From contig JAWLCP010000004.1 of NCBI GenBank assembly GCA_041687115.1, positions 88 to 60,660 of the forward strand: a DNA stretch of 60,573 nucleotides, written 5' to 3'. The notes under the pieces are model-generated. The model saw only the letters and a program-made list of their open reading frames with translations, had not been told where the DNA came from and did no database searches. The position numbers were made by a program, and so were the translations under genes. The stretch comes from Anaerolineae bacterium (lineage in GTDB: Bacteria; Chloroflexota; Anaerolineae; B4-G1). This document shows, in pieces, positions 29,543-39,058 of the stretch (its first letter is position 1; each line of letters opens with the position of its first letter).

Positions 29543-30730
29543 GTGACTCAGACGACCATCCGCCGGATGTCCACCGAAGAGGTACTGGGGCCGCTGTTCC
29601 GGCTGACCAGCTACTCGCTCCACCCCTCGCCCCCGTTTCGCGACGAGGACGACTGGGCGGACATCATCCGCGGGCGGAAGGGCGTCGTCTACTTCGCCAT
29701 GCTCGAGGGCGATGAAGCAGTCGCCACCGTGGCGGGCTCGGCGATGACGCAGCAGGTGCGCGGGGAGCTGTACGACGCGAGCGGCGTGTGGGGCGTGGTC
29801 ACCGACCCGGCCGCCCGCGGCAAAGGCTACTGCCGGCGCCTGATCGCCAGTCTGTTGGCCGCGCACCGCGACGAGGGGCGGCCGCTTTCGTGCCTCTACC
29901 CCTTCCGGGCCTCGTTCTATGAGAGACTCGGCTACGTGAAGTTGCCCCTTCCGCTCAGGGTCAGATTCGACCCGAAGGTGCTGCTGCCCCTGCTGAAGAA
30001 AGACCTGGGCGGAGAGGTCGAATTGATGCTGATCGGCGACGGCTACGACACCTATCGGTCCTATCTGTCGAGGCTGCAGCGACGCATCCACGGCATGGCC
30101 ATGTTCGTCCACGGCGAGAAGGAGCGGGCCCAGAGGACGAACCGGTCGTGGCTGGCGGTGGCGAAGGTAGATGGAGAGGTTGTCGGACTGATGCTGTACC
30201 GCCTCGAAGGGCAGGAGGTCACCCAGTTCACACTGCGAGCCCATCGCTTCTACTACGACAACAGTCGGGCTAAGTACTTGCTTCTGCAGTGGATATCACG
30301 CCACGTCGACCAGGCCAGCGAGGTCGAGCTCTGGCTGTCCCCCTTCGAGCGGCCAGAAACCTGGCTCGCCGACCTGCACGTCTCCGCTGAGTCCTTCGCG
30401 CGGGGACCGATGGGACGGGTGGTCGACGTGGCCGGTCTGGCGGGGATGGAGATTGGGCCGGGTCGCTTCACGGCCCGGGTCAGTGACCCCCTCTGCCCCT
30501 GGAACGAGGCGGTGTGGCGATTTGAGACCGAGGATGGACGGCTGCGGGTTGGCCCCGGGAACCAGGCCGACTCCGAGCTCACCATCCAGGCGATGGCCGC
30601 GCTCATCTACGGGACCCACGACCCGGCCGACTTCGTCTTCCGCAACTGGGGCGACCCGCCAGAGGCACTGCGGGCCACGATGCGGACTATGTTCCCTCCC
30701 CAAGTGCCCTATCTGCACGAGATGTTTTGA
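29543..30730 (+). CDS. Eis family GNAT acetyltransferase
   Basis: VVTDPAARGKG, LYPFRASFYERLGY, MGRVVDV, DPLCPWN, SCP2-like C-terminus. Confidence 0.88.
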   Translation: MTQTTIRRMSTEEVLGPLFRLTSYSLHPSPPFRDEDDWADIIRGRKGVVYFAMLEGDEAVATVAGSAMTQQVRGELYDASGVWGVVTDPAARGKGYCRRLIASLLAAHRDEGRPLSCLYPFRASFYERLGYVKLPLPLRVRFDPKVLLPLLKKDLGGEVELMLIGDGYDTYRSYLSRLQRRIHGMAMFVHGEKERAQRTNRSWLAVAKVDGEVVGLMLYRLEGQEVTQFTLRAHRFYYDNSRAKYLLLQWISRHVDQASEVELWLSPFERPETWLADLHVSAESFARGPMGRVVDVAGLAGMEIGPGRFTARVSDPLCPWNEAVWRFETEDGRLRVGPGNQADSELTIQAMAALIYGTHDPADFVFRNWGDPPEALRATMRTMFPPQVPYLHEMF

Positions 30731-30969
30731 GCAGGATGCCGCCACTTGGAAGCATCCGTTGGGAGATGAGATGTCTGTGGAAGTGGGTGACATATCCAAT
30801 AGAGGAATCATCGTGGTCAGATCGGCCAGGACCGTTCGGGATACTCAATAGTTAGCCAGTCAAGGGGAAGATACTCCAAGACTACTCCAGTGGAGACTAA
30901 GGGCGAACGTCTCCTATCATATTCGCCCCCTCGATTGCGGAGTGACAGTGCCCAAAGGAGAGAAGCATA

Positions 30970-31974
30970 GTGCGTCAGGTTGAGATAGTAGGCTCATACT
31001 ATGAACTAGGCTTGAAGTATGGGAGGTTCGTAGCTGAGAACAAGCTAGACTGGTGGTGGAAACAGCCAACTGAGTCCGCTCTCGCGCCTGTCAAGGAATG
31101 TGAGCGTGAGATCGCAGTCCACGCTCCAGGGTTACTGGAAGAAATCAAGGGCATCGCTGAGGCCTGCGAGAGTGACTATGACCTGGTCCTGGCCAACATG
31201 ACGGTGAGCTACTGGGAGCTGTCTGCCTGCAATGTCGTTGCTGTCTCCGGAAATCAATGTCGACATGGTAGGACGATCTTTGCGCGCAATCATGACTGGC
31301 TTGATGAGGATCAAGAGTGGGTGACCTGTTTCAGAACGCATGCCAGTACCGGCCTACGGCACATCGGATTTGGATTCGCAGATGTGGGACGATCTGGTGG
31401 CGTCAATCAAGAGGGGCTCGCGATCTCTAGCGCCGCGATTTGATATCTGAACAAGCCAAAACCTGGTCTCCGGTCTCACCTCGCTACACGCTGGGTACTG
31501 GACACATACTCAGACACACGGAGCGCGGTGGACTATCTTGAGCGAATCCCCCATTACGAGGCCGTGTCGTTCTTGATTGCAGACAAGGAGGGACATATCG
31601 CTCGCGTGGAGGCCGCGCCTGAAGGCGTAGACGTTGCCTTGACCCAGGACGGCATGCTTGCAGCCATCAACTTAATCCAATCGGAAGGGATGGAGCACCT
31701 TGAACGCATTGCTGAGGAAGGATACATTGTCTATCGACACAAGGCGCGCATTGCGGCCTGGTACGACCACCACAAAGGCCAGATTGACCTGCATACTGCA
31801 AAGAGGCTATGCAGCGACCACGAGATCGGTCTTTGCGATCATGGCGAGACCAGGTCTGAGCCCTTCGGCACGATCTATTCCTGGGTCGCTGAGCTAGGCA
31901 CAGGTGAAATTCACGTCGCTCACGGAAGACCATGCGAGAACGAGTACAAGGTTATCGAGCTTGAAGTGTCATAG
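30970..31974 (+). pseudogene. Peptidase C45 family (Ntn, acyl-CoA:6-APA acyltransferase-like) with an in-frame TGA
   Basis: GSYYELG..YG, EEIKGIAE, ACNVVA..ARNHDW, GVNQEGL. TGA at 31441, then the same frame continues to GRPCEN. Confidence 0.82.
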
Positions 31975-32124
31975 TGAATGCCGAGGTGATGACCCATATG
32001 CCCCAGTTGGGTGTCGTGAATGGTTCAGGTCAGCTTTCAGAACTTCCCGCCGACGCAAAGCAGAAACAAGATTGAGATGAAGAGAATGAGAAAAGCAGTA
32101 GATAGACTAAGTAAGGAGGCAACC

Positions 32125-32637
32125 GTGGAACCGAAGATCATCAAACAAGGCGAGATGACCATCGTCGGCATGGTCTACTATGGCAACCCCTTCAAAGACG
32201 TGGGGGGCGCGCCTGAGCAAAACGAGGTCGGCAAGCTGTGGACGCGATTCAGCACCTATTGGGATAGCCATAGCGAGGCGTTCAAACACGAGGTCAACCC
32301 CAGCGTGGGATGGGAATTGCACATCACCACCGACGAGTATGAGGAGACCAAAGAGTACTATGTGATGGTTGGCATAGAGGTGTCCAGAATCGAGGATCTG
32401 CCCGGGCCCATCTTTGCCAAGGTGCTCCCCGCCGGGCAATACGCGGTGTTTACGCTCGAAGGCGAGCAGATGAACAGCAACTGGGGAGATGCCATCTACA
32501 AGGAATGGCTGCCCTCATCGGTCTATGAGGAAGCCATCGGGTGCACCATCGAGCGCTATGATGAGGACCGCTTCAAAGGATGGGGCGACCCAGGCTCTGA
32601 GGTTGACATCTGGGTGCCGGTCAAGCCCAGACAGTAA
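32125..32637 (+). CDS. GyrI-like small-molecule binding protein
   Basis: LPAGQYAVFT, IYKEWLP, IERYDE, EVDIWVPV; TAAGGAGG precedes GTG 32125. Confidence 0.88.
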   Translation: MEPKIIKQGEMTIVGMVYYGNPFKDVGGAPEQNEVGKLWTRFSTYWDSHSEAFKHEVNPSVGWELHITTDEYEETKEYYVMVGIEVSRIEDLPGPIFAKVLPAGQYAVFTLEGEQMNSNWGDAIYKEWLPSSVYEEAIGCTIERYDEDRFKGWGDPGSEVDIWVPVKPRQ

Positions 32638-32647
32638 AGGACTGAGG

Positions 32648-32950
32648 ATGGGGCTCTCTTCGCCTGACAGTGTGAATGGATCCGAGGAACCGCGTGAACC
32701 GAGTGTGGTGAGCATACTGCTGAGGCTTATGGCCTATGTGCTCATTCTAGCGGCGATCTTGCTTGCGTCTGCTGGTCGCTTGGACTGGGTGATGGGTTGG
32801 ATCTACATGGCTCCTTATGCTTGTGTGACCGTCTTCGGTGTGCTCGTTGTGCCGCTAGACCCAGGATTGATTGAAGAACGCACCCGGATCAACGAGGGGA
32901 CGAAGGAGTGGGACAAGCGCATCTCGGTCGTTGGACGTGCGCTATACCCT
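32648..32950 (+). pseudogene. N-terminal fragment of an isoprenylcysteine carboxylmethyltransferase-like membrane protein
   Basis: LLASAGRLDWVMGWIY...LIEER....KEWDK, then loss of similarity. Confidence 0.6.
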
Positions 32951-32957
32951 TCGGCTC

Positions 32958-32993
32958 AAGCGCAGGCGGGTGGTCACGATCATCGGGGAGTGG
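32958..32993 (+). pseudogene. Second yjbQ 3'-end remnant
   Basis: KRRRVVTIIGE(W) versus [11 protein letters not shown]. Confidence 0.55.
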
Positions 32994-33045
32994 GCCCTAG
33001 ATAGCTGGCGGATACCAGGTGACCGAGAGGGAGTGGAGGTGTCTT

Positions 33046-33843
33046 ATGAGATCATTTCTGCTGCGCGAGTGGCAGGCGTTTCTGCGGTATGAGGAACTTC
33101 CCGGGGGCGCGCCACCGATCCTCTATCTCAGCGGCCTGGGTATGCCGTCGCACGCGGTGTTTGCCGCCGTCGTGGCTCAACACGCGGTGCTGGCCGCGCG
33201 CCGCTCCGTATTCATCGACCTTCTGGGTTGCGGCTTCAGCGATGCGCCCGACGATTTCGACTACACGCTGGAGCAGCACACGCGTACGGTGGCGATGCTG
33301 CTGGACCATCTGGGCGTAGCAGGCTGCGACGTCGCGGGGTACAGCATGGGGGGAGCGGTGGCCATCACGCTGGCGGCAACCCGTCCTGATCTCGTGTCGC
33401 GTCTGGCCCTCTTGGAGGCGAACCTCGACCCTCTCGGTCCCGGCGAAGGGGCCATCAGCACGGGGATTGCCTGTCAGACCGAGGAAGCGTTCTGTGCCGA
33501 AGGGTTCGACGACTTGCTCGCCTTCTGTCGCCGAGGCGGGCTGGAGGGAGACGACACGGCAGCAGCTTTCGCCGGCGCGATCCAGGTGGCCGCGCCGCAC
33601 GCCCTCCACCGCAGCGCCGTCCACCTGGTCCGAGCGACCAGGCCGACCATGCGGGAACGGCTGTTGGAGATGGATATGCCGCGGGCCTACATCTTCGGAG
33701 AGAAGTCACTGCCCGATCCTGACTACGATGCGCTAGCTCGCGAGGGCATCCAGGTCTTGATCGTGCCCGAGGCCGGGCACGGCATGCTCTTCGACAATCC
33801 AGCCGGCGTGGCCGAGGCTTTGATCAGCGCTCTTGCGAGCTGA
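33046..33843 (+). CDS. Alpha/beta hydrolase, copy 2 (intact length)
   Basis: GYSMGG, AGHG; GGAGG RBS. Confidence 0.9.
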   Translation: MRSFLLREWQAFLRYEELPGGAPPILYLSGLGMPSHAVFAAVVAQHAVLAARRSVFIDLLGCGFSDAPDDFDYTLEQHTRTVAMLLDHLGVAGCDVAGYSMGGAVAITLAATRPDLVSRLALLEANLDPLGPGEGAISTGIACQTEEAFCAEGFDDLLAFCRRGGLEGDDTAAAFAGAIQVAAPHALHRSAVHLVRATRPTMRERLLEMDMPRAYIFGEKSLPDPDYDALAREGIQVLIVPEAGHGMLFDNPAGVAEALISALAS

Positions 33844-33876
33844 GCGCCACTGGAGCAGAAGGCGCCCCGCGCCGGA

Positions 33877-33999
33877 TACAACATTGATCGTAGGGACCGT
33901 ACAACCACCGTGGAGAAGGGCGGTCTCCCAGACGGTCCTTCTCTCGTACTTCGAATCCGATCTCTGTCGGATGACAGGGGGCCCGTTCTGTGGTAGGGT
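33877..33999 (+). promoter_or_regulatory. 123-bp repeated regulatory module, copy 3
   Basis: TACAACATTGATCGTA...AGACGGTCCTTCTCTCGTA...TCCGATCTCTGTCGG-ATGACA-N17-TAGGGT. Confidence 0.85.
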
Positions 34000-34101
34000 G
34001 CAAGTGGGGACATCTGCGCTCTAGAATGTCGGGGAAGTCGGCAGAACAGTCTGGAGCCGTACTGGAAGGCATAGGGACTAGTTGTCAAGAGGGAGGCAGC
34101 C

Positions 34102-34416
34102 ATGATCGTGACGACCACGCCCACTGTGGAGGGGCACGTGGTTGAGGAGTACCTGGGCGTCGTGACCGGCGAGGCGATCCTGGGCGTGCACATCGGCCGG
34201 GATATTCTGGCTGCGGTCACGGACATCGTTGGCGGGCGATCGGTGGAATACGAAGAGGAAGTGCGCGAGGCGCGGCAGGCAGCCCTGGAGGAGATGGCGG
34301 CCGAGGCAAGCCGCAGAGGGGGAAACGCAGTGATCGGTGTCGACATCGACTACGAAGTGATCCGCGAAGGGATGATGATGGTGGCCGCCAGCGGCACAGC
34401 GGTGAGGATCGCGTAG
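34102..34416 (+). CDS. ybjQ: YbjQ/UPF0145 family protein
   Basis: MIVTTTPTVEG..YLGVVTGEAI..DIVGGRS..NAVIGVDIDY..ASGTAV. Confidence 0.93.
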   Translation: MIVTTTPTVEGHVVEEYLGVVTGEAILGVHIGRDILAAVTDIVGGRSVEYEEEVREARQAALEEMAAEASRRGGNAVIGVDIDYEVIREGMMMVAASGTAVRIA

Positions 34417-34450
34417 ACCCGCCGCTCACCCGCCATAGAGTGAGGGATCG

Positions 34451-35365
34451 ATGACCATCAACGAGTCAGCGAACCGCGTGGTCCTCATGACCAGGGGGTT
34501 GCGCAAGTCCTATGGTCCCGTGCGAGCCCTGCGAGGCGTGGATCTAGAGGTGCGGCAGGGCGAGATCTTCGGCTTTCTCGGCCCCAACGGGGCGGGCAAG
34601 ACGACTACCATCCGCTGCTTGCTGGACCTGATTCGGCCCGACGGCGGCACAGTTCGCGTCCTGGGCATAGACCCTCAGGCCGATCCGGTAGCGGTTCAGG
34701 CGCGCTGCGGCTACCTCCCGGGCGAGCTTCGGCTGAACGACAACATGACCGCCGAGCGTCAGCTCCGGTTCTTGAGCGACATGCGGGGCGGGACGGTTGA
34801 CTGGGGCTTCACCCGCGAGCTCGCCGAGCGACTTGATCTAGCTATGGGCCGACCGATCAAGAACCTGTCGAAGGGGAACAAGCAGAAGATCGGCGTGGTG
34901 CAGGCGCTGATGCACCGTCCGGATTTGCTCTTGCTGGACGAACCGACGGCTGGTCTCGATCCGCTGATGCAGCGGGAGGTTCTGGGACTGATCGAGGAAG
35001 CCCGGGCCGACGGGGCCACGGTCTTCTTCAGCTCGCACGTCATCAGCGAGGTGCAGGCGGTGGCCGACCGCGTGGCGATGATCCGCCAGGGTGAGATCGT
35101 CGAGGTGGCCGAGACCTGGTCTCTCATCGACCGGGCCCTGCGCCACGTGTCCATCGAGTTCAAGCGGCCGATTGGGCCTGACGCCCTTTCCGGTCTGCCG
35201 GGAGTGATCGTGCTCTCCTGGAGCGATCGCACGCGGGTCGACCTGCAGGTCAAGGGCGACATGGAAGGGCTGATCAACGCGCTGAGCGGCCTGCCGGTCC
35301 GCGACCTGGAGACGAGCAAGCCCTCTCTGGAAGAAGTGTTCGTAAGGGCCTACGAGAAGAGCTGA
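34451..35365 (+). CDS. ABC exporter ATP-binding protein
   Basis: GPNGAGKTT, LSKG, LLLDEPT, SSH. Confidence 0.95.
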   Translation: MTINESANRVVLMTRGLRKSYGPVRALRGVDLEVRQGEIFGFLGPNGAGKTTTIRCLLDLIRPDGGTVRVLGIDPQADPVAVQARCGYLPGELRLNDNMTAERQLRFLSDMRGGTVDWGFTRELAERLDLAMGRPIKNLSKGNKQKIGVVQALMHRPDLLLLDEPTAGLDPLMQREVLGLIEEARADGATVFFSSHVISEVQAVADRVAMIRQGEIVEVAETWSLIDRALRHVSIEFKRPIGPDALSGLPGVIVLSWSDRTRVDLQVKGDMEGLINALSGLPVRDLETSKPSLEEVFVRAYEKS

Positions 35366-35384
35366 GGTCACAAGGGGGCGTGAC

Positions 35385-36239
35385 ATGTGGATCACACTGC
35401 GCTGCACACTGTCCTCGCTGCGGGGACAGATCATCGGGTGGGGCCTGGGCGTGGCGGCGCTGGGACTGATTCTGATCCCGTTCTACGACGTCTTCATGGC
35501 GGAGCAGGCGGACTTCCTGGAGATGGTCGAGAATTATCCCCCAGAGTTCCTGGCGTTCTTCGGCGGGGACGCGGCGAGCCTGGCCACGACTGAGGGATAT
35601 CTGGGGATGTATGCCTTCTCCATGCTCCCGGTCATCGTCGGCATCTTCGCCGTGATCGTTGGGAGCGGCCTCTTGGCCAGCGATGAGGAGAGCGGCCGGC
35701 TGGATCTGATCGCCGCCTATCCGGTGAGCCGGGCCGGGCTTTTCTGGGGGCGGAGCCTGGCCTTCGTGGGAGCGAGCCTTGGCATCCTGACCCTGGGCTG
35801 GCTCGGCTTCACCGCCCTGCTGGGTGGCTCGAGCTTGGACGTGGGATGGGGGCAGATGGCCCTGCCCTTCCTGCCGCTGCTGGCGCAGACGCTGGTCTAC
35901 GGCGCGCTGGCGCTGCTATTGAGCATGCTCCTGCCCGCCCGACGACTGGCGGGGGCCGTCGCCGGCGGCGTGATGGTGGCCAGCTACTTCCTGTCGTCGA
36001 TGTCGGGCCTGGATGAGAGACTGGCAACCGTCGCCCAGTTCCTGCCCTATCACTACTTCCAGGGGGGTGACGCGCTCAACGGGCTGGACTGGGCCTCTTT
36101 GCTCGGTCTGCTGGCGGTGGCGGGCGCGCTGTCCGTGCTCGCCTGGTGGCGCTTCGAGCGGCGAGATATTCGCGTGGCCGGCGAGGGTGACTGGCGCCCG
36201 CCAATCCCACGCTTCGCCAGACGGACAGAGACCGCGTAG
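35385..36239 (+). CDS. ABC-2 family permease
   Basis: 6 TM; 'DEESGRLDLIAAYPVSR', 'FERRDI'. Confidence 0.88.
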   Translation: MWITLRCTLSSLRGQIIGWGLGVAALGLILIPFYDVFMAEQADFLEMVENYPPEFLAFFGGDAASLATTEGYLGMYAFSMLPVIVGIFAVIVGSGLLASDEESGRLDLIAAYPVSRAGLFWGRSLAFVGASLGILTLGWLGFTALLGGSSLDVGWGQMALPFLPLLAQTLVYGALALLLSMLLPARRLAGAVAGGVMVASYFLSSMSGLDERLATVAQFLPYHYFQGGDALNGLDWASLLGLLAVAGALSVLAWWRFERRDIRVAGEGDWRPPIPRFARRTETA

Positions 36240-36267
36240 AGGATCCGCGCCTTCCAGAGCTTCGCTC

Positions 36268-36390
36268 TACAACATTCATCGTAGATCGCGTACCATCAGC
36301 GTGGAGAAGGACCGTCTGCGAGACGGTCCTTCTTGCGTATGGCAGATCCCTCTTCCTTCTGATGACGGCGACGGGGTTCTGTTGTACACT
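36268..36390 (+). promoter_or_regulatory. 123-bp repeated regulatory module, copy 4
   Basis: TACAACATTCATCGTA...perfect 13-bp stem AGAAGGACCGTCT-GCG-AGACGGTCCTTCT...ATGACG-N17-TACACT. Confidence 0.87.
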
Positions 36391-36517
36391 GAAATCGACT
36401 GATTTGGCGGGCGCGGAGTTAGTAGGGCAGGTTGGCGCATCCAGTCCTGCCGGCGAGCGATCCCGCGATATAGGCGTCGCCTGCGTGTCTCGAGCACCAT
36501 CAAGGGAGGAAAGGGAG

Positions 36518-36835
36518 ATGAGATCCAGTTCAGGACGAAACGGTGATTCAGAGGAGCGCCGCAGAGCTCAGCCGGTGGGCAGCATGATCGGCGCGGGGAT
36601 TGCCATAGGCGCCGGGTTCGGCGTGGCCCTGGGATTGGCCTTCGACAATCTTGCCCTCGGAATCGCCATCGGCTCGGCCACGGGCGTCGCCGTGGGTGCG
36701 GCCATGGAGCAGAACCGCCGCGGCACGGCGGCCGAGACCCACGGAATCGGCAACACGTGGTTGTGGGTTCTGGTCGGCGTGGGACTGGCACTCTTTGGCC
36801 TCGTAGTGCTCGCCGGGTTCCTGCTGTTGAGGTAG
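36518..36835 (+). CDS. Small glycine-zipper membrane protein
   Basis: GAGIAIGAGFGVALG / GIAIGSATGVAVG plus a C-terminal TM; GGAGG RBS. Confidence 0.75.
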   Translation: MRSSSGRNGDSEERRRAQPVGSMIGAGIAIGAGFGVALGLAFDNLALGIAIGSATGVAVGAAMEQNRRGTAAETHGIGNTWLWVLVGVGLALFGLVVLAGFLLLR

Positions 36836-36871
36836 AGCGAAAACGGGGGTCAATCCCCAGCATGGGGGATA

Positions 36872-37246
36872 ATGGAGAGCGCCATGCGAGTGCTGATTGC
36901 GGACGATCGACCGCGGTCCCGGCAGGGGCTGAGGGCGTTATTGGCGACGCAGCCGGGGATCGACGTCATCGGTGAGGCGGGCGACGGCCACGGAGTTCTG
37001 GAACTGGTCGAGACGACCAACCCGGATGTAGTGGTGATGGACGCCAAGATGCCGACGATGGACGGGCTGGCGGCCACGCGCACGATCAAGGAGAGGTGGC
37101 CGGAGATTCGAGTCATCGTGCTCACCATGTACAGCACGCACCGGGCCGAGGCAATGGCTGCTGGAGCGGATCGGTTCCTGGTGAAGGGATGCTCGGCCGA
37201 GAGGCTGCTGGAGGCGATTCTGGGGCGCGAGGAGGGAAAGCGATGA
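36872..37246 (+). CDS. Receiver-only response regulator
   Basis: VLIADD, VMDAKMP, VLTMY, FLVK; no HTH. Confidence 0.88.
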   Translation: MESAMRVLIADDRPRSRQGLRALLATQPGIDVIGEAGDGHGVLELVETTNPDVVVMDAKMPTMDGLAATRTIKERWPEIRVIVLTMYSTHRAEAMAAGADRFLVKGCSAERLLEAILGREEGKR

Positions 37247-37482
37247 TACCCCCTTACACGTACGTGGCCGGACGGTTGGCGGAGGAGCGTACCCAAGATA
37301 TCCTGCGGGAAGGGGAGCACGCCCGACTGATGAGAATGGCGCGGCCGATCAGGCGTGGGCAGATCGATCGGCTGCTGGCAAGAGTCGGTCAAGTGCTCGT
37401 GTGGAGTGGCGAGCAGCTGCGGGCGCGCTGCGAGCCAGTGCAGGCCAGTCTGGGAGAGTCGACCATGCGTGTCAGCCGGTGA
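37243..37482 (+). CDS. Small hypothetical protein
   Basis: ATGA overlap with the REC gene; GGAGG RBS; LAEERTQDILREGEHARL helix. Confidence 0.65.
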   Translation: MIPPYTYVAGRLAEERTQDILREGEHARLMRMARPIRRGQIDRLLARVGQVLVWSGEQLRARCEPVQASLGESTMRVSR

Positions 37483-37595
37483 GGATGGAGTGACGAGGCG
37501 GACTCGCTGCTACTTCCCACTCCCGGGCTGTCGGGAGTACGAGGGATACGATTCGAAGGAAGCTAGATGAGGGAGGGTGGGAGGAGCACGGCATC

Positions 37596-38108
37596 GTGAT
37601 CACCCCTGTGCCTGGCGAGACGGTCTGGGAGGCAGTTCAGCGGACGATGCGCCCAGAGGTCGATGAGGCGAATCGAGCGCTGAACGAATTCCTAAACGAG
37701 GTGCTGCGCATGGACCTGAAGGTTAACATCCTGGTCATCTTCGCCTTCTTCACCGGCGGGCTGTTCCTGGTAGCCATCGGCGTGGTGATCGTCGGCGGCA
37801 CCGGGGCCTCGGTGTGGAAGCGCCTTTCGCGTCAGGCGTGGGCGCTGGCAGGGCTGGCCGCGTCGGGAGACACGCCCGTATGGGTGGGGCTTGCCTTGGG
37901 CATACCGATCTTCCTATTCGTCCTTGTAGCACCACTGGTGCTCTTCTCCGGGCTGCGAGAGGTGTTTGTGTCCAGCCTGTGGACCTTGACGTATCGGGAT
38001 CTCCGGGGCATGAAGCGCTTCGAGGCGGAGCCACTCCCGGCAGTGGACCCATCGAGACTTGAGGCAGCACCTGCTGGTTCATTGGGCATAGACCCGTGCG
38101 ATCGGTGA
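37596..38108 (+). CDS. Hypothetical membrane protein, possibly a chimeric remnant
   Basis: Two hydrophobic stretches; GGAGGAG RBS; ends SLWTLTYRDLR. Confidence 0.45.
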   Translation: MITPVPGETVWEAVQRTMRPEVDEANRALNEFLNEVLRMDLKVNILVIFAFFTGGLFLVAIGVVIVGGTGASVWKRLSRQAWALAGLAASGDTPVWVGLALGIPIFLFVLVAPLVLFSGLREVFVSSLWTLTYRDLRGMKRFEAEPLPAVDPSRLEAAPAGSLGIDPCDR

Positions 38109-38224
38109 CGATCCCTCGGCTTGCCTGAGACCACCTGAGGCGATGAGCGGACTCGGGCTTGTTATGACGGGCGCGTCGCGGACCCTGGCTACAAGGCCGT
38201 CTTATGGGGAATGGAGGTAGGTTG

Positions 38225-39001
38225 ATGAAGAGTGAGGAACAATTCTTCGATTTCGCGGCCGAGGCGGGCCTTACGAAGCACCTTGGAGGCGTCGAGGCGA
38301 CAGACGAGTTGGCCCACCTCTGCCGCATTGACGAGGATAGCTACGTCCTGGACGTGGGCTGCGGCGTCGGCGCCACGCCGGTGTATCTGGTCAAGACCTA
38401 CGGCTGCCGCGCGATGGGCGTCGACATCGTGCCCCGCATGATCGAGCGTTGTGAGGAGCGGGCACGAAGGGAGAGGGTGGCCAGCAGGACTGAGTTCCGG
38501 GTGGCGGACGCCCAGCATCTCCCTTTCGACGACGACCTTTTCGATGCCGTCATCACCGAGTCTGTGGCCGCCTTCCCGGAGGACAAACAGGAAGCGGTGA
38601 ACGAGTTCGTGCGGGTGACGAAGCCGGGCGGCTACGTGGGGCTGAATGAATCGACCTGGCTGAAGACGTCACCGCCGCCGGATGTGGTCGCCTGGGCGTC
38701 CCAGGAGGTCGGCGCGAGCGTGAGCCCGCTGACTCGCGATGAGTGGGTGGAGATGCTGGAGGCCGCCGGCTTGGATGACATCGTCGTAAGAGTCCGCGCC
38801 ATGGAAATGCGTGATGAGGCCAAGGGTATCCTCCGGAGATACGGGGTTGGCGGCATGCTTCGTTCCATGTGGAGAGCGCTGCGCATGTACCTCCGGAATC
38901 CGGCCTACCGAAGATTCGTGACACGAGTCCGTCAGGAGGGGATCACGCCTGAGAACCTCGACGAGCACTTCGGCTACGGGCTCTACGTGGGGCGGAAGTG
39001 A
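38225..39001 (+). CDS. Class I SAM-dependent methyltransferase
   Basis: HLGG..AT, VLDVGCGVG, ADAQHLPF, RVTKPGG. Confidence 0.92.
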   Translation: MKSEEQFFDFAAEAGLTKHLGGVEATDELAHLCRIDEDSYVLDVGCGVGATPVYLVKTYGCRAMGVDIVPRMIERCEERARRERVASRTEFRVADAQHLPFDDDLFDAVITESVAAFPEDKQEAVNEFVRVTKPGGYVGLNESTWLKTSPPPDVVAWASQEVGASVSPLTRDEWVEMLEAAGLDDIVVRVRAMEMRDEAKGILRRYGVGGMLRSMWRALRMYLRNPAYRRFVTRVRQEGITPENLDEHFGYGLYVGRK

Positions 39002-39058
39002 TCCACTCAGTGGAAGCGGGAAACGAGGCACATCATGTTCAGAGAAGGAGATTAGAAC

